Part shown: in pieces, positions 52,150 to 64,000 of the stretch
How positions within the stretch are numbered: position 1 is the stretch's first letter
Layout: the number at the start of each line of letters is the position of its first letter
Origin: Octopus sinensis
Lineage: Eukaryota
Length of the DNA: 64,000 nucleotides
Direction of reading: 5' to 3'
NCBI RefSeq assembly: GCF_006345805.1
Contig: NC_042997.1
Location: 35,154,001-35,218,000 of the forward strand
The notes under the pieces: generated by a model
Seen by the model: only the letters and a program-made list of their open reading frames with translations
Database searches by the model: none
What the model was told of the DNA's origin: nothing
Translations under genes and position numbers: made by a program

Positions 52150-52720
52150 AGTAATCAACTATTCGATGTTTGTATGGGATCATACGATAGCGCAGTCATG
52201 CAATCTAGTGGACTTATATATATTACCTGCACTACATTATAATTACCCATCTCATGATGTGGGACTATACCGGGATGACGGTTTGATTGTCTCCCACGGG
52301 TGTGGCGGTCGAGCATTAGATAAATTTAGAAAGCAGTTAATTTCTACTTTAGTCATTTGGGACTAAAAATATAACTACTAAAAATGTAACTACTAATCTC
52401 TCCGTAGTTGAGTATTTAGATGTGTCATACGACCTACATTCTTCCTCTTACAAGCCGTTTCATAAAATTAAGGAAAAAGTAACATACATACATAAGTAGT
52501 CATGCCACCTAGGAACTTAATAGAGAATATTATCAACAGTGAGTCAACTTTTTCGTCCTCTTATGAATTTTTTGATAAGGTCGTACCATATTATAATAAA
52601 GCTTTGGCAATTGGCGGATTTAGTAACAAAAATGATGGTATAACTACCAATAATGAAAAATCAAAGCATAGGCATAGGTCTAGAAAGATTATTTGGTTTA
52701 CTACATGTTTTGGAATACGG
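52150..52720 (+). mobile_element. Decayed PLE reverse transcriptase fragment of the GLYRDDGL type
   Basis: CNLVDLYIL...DVGLYRDDGLIV, then (with frameshifts) TNLSVVEYLDVSYDL...YKPF, MPP..LI..I, YNKAL..GG, RHRSRKIIWF. Confidence 0.75.
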
Positions 52721-54939
52721 ATTATAAAGAAAATATAAACTTACTGGCCCTAACTTTTATGGTCATACAATAAGTGCTACTATATGCAGCAATTGTAAAT
52801 ATATTATCATCAACGAAATATATATTCGAGCGATACAGTAATAAGTCTCGGTAAATTTTGCTGACAAACATTCAATGCTAAGAAAGATTATACACAGAAA
52901 ACTGCAACGTTGCGTTTACTAGAGATAAGATATCTTTGACATTTTAGCTCATTGTCCCCGTTATCTTCTAAGGAACAAGAATAAATTAATGCAGTAGCAA
53001 AAACAATGAAAAGATAAGTGTTCTTTTACGGGAACAAGAAGAATAAACGTAATAAGGCGATATCACTTAAAATTGAATGAAGTGGACAAATTTAAATGTC
53101 GCCAAATGTTAATTAATATTTAACAGAGGTTGAATCATGTGTGCGCGTTGTTTGCATTTTAGAAGCTCTCATTCATATTGAAATGGAAACACATTAAAAA
53201 GACTGGATATCTTGATATTTCGTGTTCCAAGTCTAAAATTATATAATCTAAAGCTTCATATTTCTGTTCCCCTCAAAAGTTGGCTTCTTTTATCTTTTAC
53301 TGGTTTCAATCATTGAACTGTGGCTATGCTAATGCACTACCTTGAAAAGTTTAGTCCAACAAACCCACCCCGGTACTTAACACATTATACTTATTCTATA
53401 TGTACAATGCCTGATATTTGAGGCAGGAGGTATCCGAGGATCTTCCCAGGGACAAAGCCAGAAATGCAAGCGCTAGTCTCTGAAAGCATCTAGAGGCTAA
53501 GTGCGGCTTCTTTGGATAAATTGTTATCGCCAAGTCAAAATTTAGTTGATATTTTTTGAGATATTAAAATGCTTTTATTTGGGAATGGGATATTATGTTG
53601 CCTTTTCCTTTTATGCAAACTGTCAAATCTAACCCGAACTGTTTATATATCTGTGGGTGTCTATACTGTGTCTCTACTGTCACTGTAGATTCACAACAAA
53701 CATTTAAAGATGAAATAAATTGTAGTAATAAGGTTACATTTACGACTATGTTCTAAAGATGTAATATTTTAAATATTTTAATATAAATTTTATGTAGGCA
53801 ACCTAGTATTTACTATGAGGTATTCGCTCCTCCGTCAATTTTAGTCTCTCTGGTTAAACTGTCGCACGCTGTAAACGTATTTTTCTATTAATGCTGTAAA
53901 AATATATGCATAAAAGCATATTTTTGATTATATAACGTAATAGTATGGTCATAACTTTTATAATCTTGACTTTCTAACGCATTTATATATACATATTTTT
54001 ATATTATTTATGTTATCGTCTGATACGAAGTGATATCTGTTGCTTGAGTGCGGCATGAACAGTATGCATCTATGTCAGTTATAAAGAATACAGGAACATT
54101 GAATTAATTTGATCAAAGTTGTATCGAAATATCTACTGAAAGATCTATCTGTCTGCAATCTGCAAAATTGCTACGTTAAGTTTTTAGTGCTACGAAGAAA
54201 TCTGCGTAGTTAATAGTTAAACGCGATGTGAGTTATTGGAATATACAACCACAATTCCTATTACGGAAAGGCCAATAGTGGTGGATTTGCAAATTTGTTA
54301 GATCGTGGAACAAATGCTTTGAGGCATTGCTTCCGCCCTTCAGAAACTGATCTCAAACCTCGTCAAAGTCTGCTTTGTCAATCGTTATTCTGCTTGTTCG
54401 TTTAAAGATTCGAACGCTACGTTGTGAGATACATTTAAATAGAGTGTAACTGGCTTATAAGCATTTACACAAAGCAAATACATTAATTATGTGACATCAA
54501 AAATGTTTACTGTCTTTGAGCTACTTATTTATTGTTGTTTAACTTCTGCGGAGCTGTTGCATATCAACAAATAAATTTTACGTTATTTCCATATATACCT
54601 CAGACTATCGATTTCAGTTCGTTTCGATGGTGACTTGCGTATACAGTGCTGATCAACAGAAATACCAGCAAAGTACCAATAGCCAAAGATTTCTCGTTCA
54701 CATACGGGGCGATTCACTTCAGCTGCTTTTGAGGTATTTAGTGTTTTTTAAAACACATCATCTCACAGGAACTTTAGCCGGACGAAATTCTGCAGTTATT
54801 AATCGTTTATTCAAAACGCACTTATTAAGTATGAGCTATTAATATCACTGTAACAAAATTTTGAATGCCTTTGGTTAGTAAGCGTTATTTCCTAATTGAT
54901 TGTACCTAGAAATCATAAGAAATGACTACTATTCTCTCC

Positions 54940-55241
54940 GGAGGCACATGGTCTAGTGGTTAGAGCAGTGGACTCGCAGTCGAGGGATCGCGGGTTCGGA
55001 TCTCATACCGGGCGATGTGTGTGTTTATGAGCAAAAGACCTAAGCTCCACACGGCTCGGGCAGAAGATAATGGTAAACTTCTGATGACTCTTTCGCCACA
55101 ACTTTCTCTCACTCTTTCCTTCTGCATCTAGTAGCTCACCTGCGACGGACTGGCGTCTCGTCCAGGTGGAGAGCCTATACGCCAAGGAAACCGGGAAACC
55201 GGCCCTTATGAGCCAGGCATGGCTCGAGAAGGAACAAAGAA
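54940..55241 (+). mobile_element. SINE family B, tail variant 3, with 12-bp TSD
   Basis: GGAGGCACATGGTCTAGTGGTTAGAGC head and CTCTTTCGCCACAACTTTCTCTCACTCTTTC core. The TSD ACTATTCTCTCC lies at 54928-54939 and 55242-55253. Confidence 0.9.
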
Positions 55242-55612
55242 ACTATTCTCTCCAAAATTTGCTTTTGTGTTCTTGGCATAAACGCTTTGAAACTGACCTA
55301 CTTTCCATTTCATATCAAACAGATTTAACAAATATTCTGCTCAATATCACCGATTGGCTTATCAGTATCTTAACGACTTGAGCATGTTCCTTAGTGGTTG
55401 ACAATATGGGCATCTCTGAACACGGGTAGGAGTAGTGGGGACGCATCATAGCCACGTGTTGGGACTGATACCTTGGGGTTTAAATAAATGGAGCCAAGCA
55501 AGTTTGAAAGAAATATTAACTATATTTCATACTTTCTAGCGATAGGCAAATAGGAAAGAACAGTTGCCACTCATGGAAGAAATCGTGTTCATTGCATTAT
55601 AAGAGCTGTTTA

Positions 55613-55830
55613 GACGCTGGTGAATTGACAAAATCATTAGAACTTTGAGCAGGATAATTAGTATTTCGTCAGTCTTTATTTTCCCGAGTTCAAATTCCTC
55701 CGAGTTTGGTTTCGCCTTTCATAACTTCCGGATCGATGAAGCAAGTACCAGTTGAGCAATGTGGTCAATGTAATTCACTTAGCTCTCTCCCGTGATTGCT
55801 GGTCTTGTTCCAAAATATAACAAGCAATAT
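55613..55830 (+). mobile_element. SINE family C, diverged
   Basis: GAGTTCAAATTCC...TTTCGCCTTTCATAACTTCCGGATCGATGAAGCAAGTACCAG. Confidence 0.7.
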
Positions 55831-56279
55831 TAGTGCTACCTACATTTCAAAATGTACTGAGGTTGCGCATCTTTTGTTCAGTGAATTAAATATCTGATTA
55901 ATTCGAATAGAAAACAGAATTATAATAGTTACTATATAGATCTCTTGACCTAGTCTTCATTAATAGACAAAATATAGTGCGATATTTTTTAAACCATTTT
56001 CACTGTATATAAATTCTACAATAGAAAAGGAAATATTCTAAAAACACCATTCGAATTCTATATTCGGATGTTATGGTTTACAGCAACAGACTACAACCAT
56101 AATGGAACTGTATGGAAATAATTTCAAATGCAATTTTTTTATGCGTACAGAATTCAATATGTGTGTCTCAAGCATTTGAACTTTATACATAAAGTCCTTC
56201 ACAGACATATTTATACTATGGGAAAACAATTTTCCCTCTATACACATATATAAAGATTAAATGCGAAGATATTATACAA

Positions 56280-56308
56280 AACAAAACACACACATACACA
56301 CACACACA

Positions 56309-56342
<34 letters not shown>

Positions 56343-56463
56343 ATATATATATATATATATATATACATATTTATATATTTAAACTTATATTTCCAAACAT
56401 TCATACAAATATATATACGTGGATACATACATATATATATTCAAAACATTTTTATCCGGCTCC

Positions 56464-56496
<33 letters not shown>

Positions 56497-56521
56497 TGTA
56501 TGTACGTATGTATGTACGTAC

Positions 56522-56608
<87 letters not shown>

Positions 56609-56791
56609 TACATAATGATGTATACATATCTCTTTAGTGCATACACTACACAGACAAACATAAGATGATGATCATACGCTTCTATATGCTATTCAACAGA
56701 TGTACACACTCTGGGCTACTGCCGCTAGTTCTCTATATTTACACCCCACAGAAATTTACATATACGCATATAATTATATATAATATATATA

Positions 56792-56884
<93 letters not shown>

Positions 56885-56960
56885 TATATGTATATGTACA
56901 TATATATATATTTATATATGAGTGTGTGTGTCTGTAGGTATATATATATATATGTGTGTG
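56280..56960. repeat. Compound (CA)n/(TA)n/(TATG)n microsatellite field
   Basis: Direct reading. Confidence 0.9.
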
Positions 56961-59900
56961 TGTGATTACGTATGGGGGTGGCACTGAAATATACCGTAGG
57001 GTGTCAAATTAAATCAACTTAAAAACCCAATACATATGTAGATTAACAGATGAAAACCTGAGTCTTCAGAAGACATCAAATATTCCAATCCCCATTGCAG
57101 TAGGCTATTTATATATGTATGTATGTATGTATGCATGTATGTGTGTGTGTATATATATATATATATATAGACACATACACACATTCATGCATACATTATT
57201 TACCTGCAGCATTAGCTGACTTCAGCTAATGCCACAAAATACCGAGGAGTATTGTAATAATGGAAAAATATGACGAATCTAAACACATATTTCTATGACG
57301 AAGGAAACATAAAAAAGCTCTATCATAAAATAACAACGGCAGCCACAAAATAATATGATAAATAATAAAAAGTTAAAAGGAAAAAAAATAGAAATCAATA
57401 GAATAGAAATGATGAAATATAGAACTAATGGTTGAATGAAGACTAAAACTGAAAGAAAAAAAAAGTGTCAATGAATATAAAATCCTCTATCATTTTATTG
57501 GTAATTTTGATAATGGACAATGCGTGAATGCATGTGATTCTACAGCAGAAGATAAAAGAAAAAAAGTATAGAACGGATGAGAGAAATAACATATATTTTT
57601 TTCAGACCAGCAATTTATTGTACTAGCGGCCTAAACAATTTAATAGAGAATATCTGCGACCCATTTCCATGTTAAATTATGATATTGAATTGGCAGATAT
57701 GGCTGTCAGATTTTTTTTAGATCGCTTGCAATGGGCAGAGGTCGGAAAAAGAAATAAATTTAAAATGAACATTAACTGCCAATGTATAGATATGGAAACG
57801 AAAACAAAAGAAAAAGGAAAATATCACTATATTTTAATTAGACTAATAGGAGACTTAATCGCTATTCAAAATAAGGTGTACATCTAATAAAGTCTTTAAT
57901 TCTAGAACTAGTAGTATTTTCTCATGGTGTTCAGTTTACAACTGTCATAGACTTAAATAAAATAAAACATGATACAAATAAAGGAAAAGAAGCCAAAGCA
58001 ATAAATAACTGTCAGGTCATCAGGGATGCTGAAAAAATTGAGGCATGGGAAAATAATGATAAATGTTTAATTGTCTCATTCACAAGAAGCTATGCGAAAT
58101 TATACTCTGTACAATTATATAACTATTAATTTCAATACATACTCCATACCAGACTTTTAATAATATATAATTTTTCCTCTAGAAAACAGGCAATATTTTA
58201 AAATAGGAATTTAAAAAATGTTTCTGAAAATTACTGCAAATCATATTGAAAATGTGTGGAATTTCTGTATTTACACACACATATGTGTGTGTGAGTGTGT
58301 GTGTGCGTAAATCAGAAAGACAGAGAGATACTGTGTGTAAGCATGCGTGAGTCTGTGTGTGTCTACGTGTGTCCTTTCGGAGACGATTTTGTTTTTATCC
58401 TTGAGCAGTATTTTGAATAATAATCTCGACAACATCGTTTTCCACGCAAATTGGTGACAAAAACAATGGACAAATCAAATTGGTGTATATTTGCTTAGTC
58501 GAATTTTCTACAAAATAACTCATTATAGGTCAATCTATATACATAATTCAGTTGCACTATAAAATGTGATAAAATATTTCTTTAGTACAACAATTCTTGT
58601 GCCTGATTCGTACGAAATAAAGGGCATTTGGTAAGAAAACGTGTGCCTTATGATACAAATTATAATAGTTATCTAGAATTTTTTAACATACTTTTCGGTA
58701 AGATTTGTAAATTACCTTTCTATCCGTCTATCTATCGCCATCTTCCTCTCTACTACACACGCAGCCCACTTATATAACACACATACATGCACACACAAAA
58801 ACAACACATACAGACACACACTAATACATACATACATACATACACACGCACAAGCACACAAAAGCACATGCACGTACACGCACACATACACACGCACAAC
58901 ACACACATCTATATATATTTGTATCTTTCAACGTATGACAGGAAATCAGTAATTATTCATTTCGGGTTTAAATTCACTTTTGATTACTAATTGGCACAAT
59001 TAGCAAACGAAACCAAACTATTACTAAGTTCACTTCTCGCATTTCATTGTCTTGTATACATTTTTTGAAACTGATTCTCAGTATATACATTCACATATCA
59101 TGTTTATGCAGTTGAATTCCAAGTTTTGAATAAATTTCCAATTGATTATAACCATCTTTTGTGCATTATGCTGCACAAAACTATAGTAATTAGCAGTGTG
59201 GTTTTCACTTTTCAATTTCGGCTATGCGAAACTATTCGGCCTTGCTTCAGTTTCAGGTTTCGGCATCCAGGATTTGTTGACGCATCCAGTCATTTAGCTC
59301 TGTTTTGTCATAAAAGTTGTTGTAGTTATACAATTTTCAATTGTCCAGGGCATCAACGTATTCATTATTCCTACAGGTTAGATTGCTGTAAGTGGTGGAT
59401 TGGTCAAGGCCAGTCATTTCCCAATATTAATTGCTTGACCAAAATAATTTTGGTAATATTTGCCACTCTGTGACGTGTGAGAAACTCAGCTTTGACTGTG
59501 AATTCTGACCTTGACACCGAATAGGCACCCCGTAAAAAGTGATAATCACAGAAAGTAGAAAGCAGTGGCAAATCCTTGCAGGTATTTGCCAGAGTCTACA
59601 TAACAGTAATGACTTCAGTAATCAAATTACGAAATAAATGATAGAATATTACTGAACACACATCTGTAGTATTCATTTTTATCGCACCAGTTGTAAACTT
59701 TTACAAGCTATTAATTACTTACTTAGGTATTTAAAGTACTGAGACAAATATTGAGGATTTGATACCATGGCTGCACATTTGCAAAGAAGTAATGTAAAAT
59801 GGGATAGGGAAAATGTGTGAAAAACGGAGGAAACTTTTAGTGTTAAAAGTGTGAATATTACCGAGAAGTAGTGTATATCTGGACCATGATGGAGTTAGTA

Positions 59901-60124
59901 GAGTGAAAGAGTAGTCTAATCAAATGTTGTGCTGAGACCTAGCTTCGGTGAACTACGATGTATTTATAAACACATAGATGCACAAACACAAACACACAGT
60001 CACAAACGCTACACAGACACAGACACACGCACAATACTCACACACACATACACACACATATTGATATAAACAAACGCTTCTATACACAATGAATTATAAC
60101 AGATCAGAAACAAACAAGCAATTA

Positions 60125-60700
60125 GGATAAATGTGATGAAGTTAAAGATCAACAAAACTCAGTTTGACAGCAAATATAGGATCTGTAGGAAAGGAGGTGA
60201 AAGTATTAGTCAGAACTTGAGTTCAGTAGCTGGCACAAAAGAGCATAAGCGCAGGCATGATTGTGTAAAAGAGTACATTGGAATGATAGCCGAGTATGTG
60301 GCTTCAAATGATAAGAAATTGTGTTTGACAAAGAGAATTACAGGATCGTATTGATAATTCCCCATAAGGATTAACCATATTATTGAAGCAAGAAGACACG
60401 ATATCATTATAGAGGACAATGCAAACAGTCAGTGCAAGAACATATGGCTTGCAATTACCTATAATAACAGTGTCGATACCACAAAAATTGAAAAGAAAAT
60501 CGCCAAAGCTGAGAAATTTCATCAGGATCTAAATAGAGAATAGATTGCGGACGACAAAGAAAACAATTATTCCAGTGGTAATAGGGGTACTTGGCACAAC
60601 GGCAAGAGTTCTTGAAGCATGACTAATAAAGAAATGGCAACTTAGTCTGCTGTGGACAGCTGACACTTTCCATCATACCCAGCAAAATAAGCTTTGAATT
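60125..60700 (+). mobile_element. Older decayed R4/Dong-like LINE 3' fragment (zinc knuckle and PD-(D/E)xK endonuclease region)
   Basis: DSKYRICRKGGESI...KEHKRRHD, IEARRHDIII, EKKIAK..KF.DL and TIIPVVIGVLGTT, followed by degenerate TAA/CAA repeats at ~60710-60770. Confidence 0.7.
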
Positions 60701-61919
60701 TTCTTTGAAATAATAATAGTAATATTAACTACAACAACAATATTAATAATAATATTACTAAAAAGCAATAAAATCTACAGCAACATCGAAACTGTTGCTG
60801 CTACAAACATACACCAGCAACTTCAGTGCCGGAGACAGATGCAGTTGATGACTTCGATGAATACCTTCCCAAAATCGGAATACAAGTAGACCTCATATAC
60901 AATATTACCAATAATTCAAAGAAATTCTGTGAGTGTTTACCAGGTTGAGCTGAATACTTTCCCCCAAAGAAATGAGGATGTCACAAAGATATTTTAAAAC
61001 CATCGCTTGCCTATGATCAATATAGATTTTAACCTCCTCCTGACCACTGAAATGTCTACAGCTTCCTCGACAAAAATTACCTTATCAGTAGAACAGAAGA
61101 TTTTAAAATACATCTGCATGGCTCAATTACCTATGAATAAAGTTAAGTTAAAACATGTCAGAATCTTTGATGTAGTGACAGCAGATTTGGATGAATTATG
61201 AGAAGTGGATTGCCAATCGGGCACCATCGTAATGCGGGATAAAGTAAGGTAGGACGAAATCCCCATAAGTGACTTATATTGATATGAAGAATTAATGAAA
61301 TGGAAATTGATTGAGCCATAGATGTCTAGAACACTACATAATTAGCAAACGTGGAGTTGAATGTTAGGGCAAATAGATATGGTATGTATTAGTAGTGGTT
61401 TTGTGTCCTCACAGTAGACGTCAATATTCTTTATCAAAATTTATAATTAAACCAACTTTGCTGCGACTATTTATTAAAATTCCTTATTCTCTTTCCAATA
61501 CTGACTAATATCATATACATTCTTTTGGTTTTAATGGTAATTAGTTTCTTTGTATGACATAGTTATGGTATTTGTAAAGACATGCAAAATCAAATTGTGC
61601 ACATAATGCAACAATCTAAATTTCTCTCTGGCATTAATCTAATACACCGCACGTGTCGTAGCCGTGAATAAGAGGATTTCTGACATGACTTGTTCGGAGA
61701 TCAATTTCGGTTGTTCTACTGTATAACAGCCATTGTTCTTACATTGTTTTATAGCAATTCTGTACACACAAGTCGAATAATAAAAGCCTTCCTGTCGTGA
61801 ATCTCACATCTTATTTTATGTATTAGAAGTTACATTTGTCATTGATTCATTCCCATTATTTTGAGGGTGGAGTGTGATTTGCTATATATAATATCAAGAG
61901 TCGACACAGATGCTTAACA

Positions 61920-62170
<251 letters not shown>

Positions 62171-64000
62171 GTGTGTGTATATGGATGTGCGTATTTTTGT
62201 GTGTCTGTATGTCTCCGGCTGATGTTATCGCCTAAATAATTGTCGGACAGAAACAGCCTAAAAAGTTTAAGAAACTTCAAATCTGTTCATGGATATAGGC
62301 TTCTGGTATAACACTGAGTGAATTATATAATGTTTGCTAGAGATTCAATAAAAGATATATTTTATAAGATAGGCATCTCCTAACTAATAGATATTTTACT
62401 TATCAAAAGTATACTAAATCGTTTTCACAAAAATGTGTCAAATTCCTCAAAACGATTTTGGATTTATATCAGAAATAACTAAATCAGATAACAAAAGAAT
62501 TTTTTTTTTATTCTAAATTTGATTCGAAGCTAGATTTAAATTCTATTATTCTATTAATCGATTGATGAAAGTGAAGTTGAGCATGACAAAAAGATAGCAT
62601 TGATGTTATGTTGGAAAATTTCTGGCTTTAAACGTCAGATTAAGTTTCCACGTAATTCACTGTATAAGATCTAAAAAGTAATGTCCCCAGTTTTAAATTG
62701 ACTTCCGTTCCACAGAACCTAGACATCTTGTAGATAAATATTGTTCTTAATGACTGTCTACTGATAAAAGAAAGAAATATACATATATTTATATATGACT
62801 TTTGAGGAATATACTGGATTTAATGCGCATAAGATGTTAGTTCCTATTACGATCGCACGTTTTCATCACTAAGAACTATCAACACTTCTATCAATATTTA
62901 AGTTTATCGATATAGATTTTCTGTGAAATTATAAGCCAGCACTGAAAGTTACAACGTTTTGTTTATGAATACCTTTATGTAAACAATGCAGCTGAAGATG
63001 GAAAAATAGTTAACGGGTGTAGATGCATGTTTTAAGAGTTATTGCTCTTTCATCAGCATCGCATCAACTGACTACCACATCAACTATCCATGAAACATAG
63101 CTTGAATACCCACCAAGTTTAGCGGTGTAACACTATTGGACAGACCAATTTATACATGAAACACGTTACTAGAAGCAGGTACGTAAATATTAATTGCTAT
63201 CAAGCACACATCATATCGTTTTGCAACCGTAAAGTACTACAAAGAATGTAAACAAGTTTACAAGTCATTATTCTACCTCATTTTCTTTTAGCAGTGCGAT
63301 GTTTCCATTTTAAGTTTATTTCTACAGATTTTCTATAGACTTCAAAGCCAGCACTGAAAGTTGTGACCTTTTGTATAGGAATATGCTTAGTAAACAATGC
63401 AATCGAAGTTAGAAAAAATATTGGAAAACGCGTGTATATGAATATTTCAAGAATGATTAAAAATCAGGAAATTGCTATAGTCCTAAACAATAAACCAGCA
63501 AATCATTTTCTAGACAGATGAAACATAAGTGCTCTGAAAAAAAAAGAGGTAGTTTCCAAGAAATTATTGATTAGTCTTCAACTCTGTTCTAACTGGACCA
63601 GTGGATCGGAGAGAAAATGCAATTACATATGCGATTATAACATGAATATGTGTTGCATGGCCAAACGGACCAATGTTATCCCAATAGAAGTGTCTTTAAA
63701 CCATAGTAAGCGTTTGACAGCATTTCCTAATGTTTTTTTTTTTTGGTGACCAAAGTCCATTCTATAAATCTGGACTAGCTCTTTGTGTATGAAACATTGA
63801 CTTGAGCAGAACCATAGATTTAATAAGATGAAATTTTCTGAAAAATCAAAAATTTTTAAATAAAGTAAACTCGAAAATAAATACACCATTGTGTATTTTG
63901 CATCATAATCAGTGACAGCTATCTTTGATTTCCATATTTCTGTGCGTTTTAAAATACCAAACATTAATGAAAGAATCAATCATCAAAGAGAACATTTCAT

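Noticed and set aside
54612-54665. Minus-strand CTGTTGA...GAAACG resembling the A6U motif
   Set aside because: Helix II does not pair, there is no UH triplet, and the pseudo-LTR context is absent.
59126-59620. GC-richer segment with short protein-like stretches on both strands
   Set aside because: Every frame is interrupted by stops and no family motif was recognised.

Overview
AT-rich, microsatellite-dense eukaryotic DNA, most likely intronic or intergenic sequence from an octopod cephalopod (inferred from the SINE families and repeat landscape, not verified by search). No host protein-coding gene can be identified with confidence, and most ORF-track calls are translations of (TA)n, (TCTA)n, (TACA)n or (TAA)n repeats. 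The window is a patchwork of decayed transposable elements: mariner, Tc1, a Helitron helicase, CR1-, RTE- and R4/Dong-like LINE 3' fragments, a foldback MITE, about 16 tRNA-derived SINE copies from several modular families, and several Penelope-like element (PLE) fragments. The main signal is a set of hammerhead ribozyme (HHR) motifs in PLE-type termini, in four architectures. (1) A minimal HHR with a compensatory U3-A8 core at 40339-40378, where the element's 5' inverted duplication starts almost exactly at the predicted cleavage site. (2) A 467-bp palindrome at 43036-43502 with one HHR per arm and a compensatory base-pair change in helix II. (3) Three copies of a minimal HHR-like motif with a fixed non-canonical A6U substitution. 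(4) A long-helix-II HHR at 39322-39415. The window also shows a 3' tail shared between a CR1-like LINE and the commonest SINE, and one SINE head joined to three different tails.
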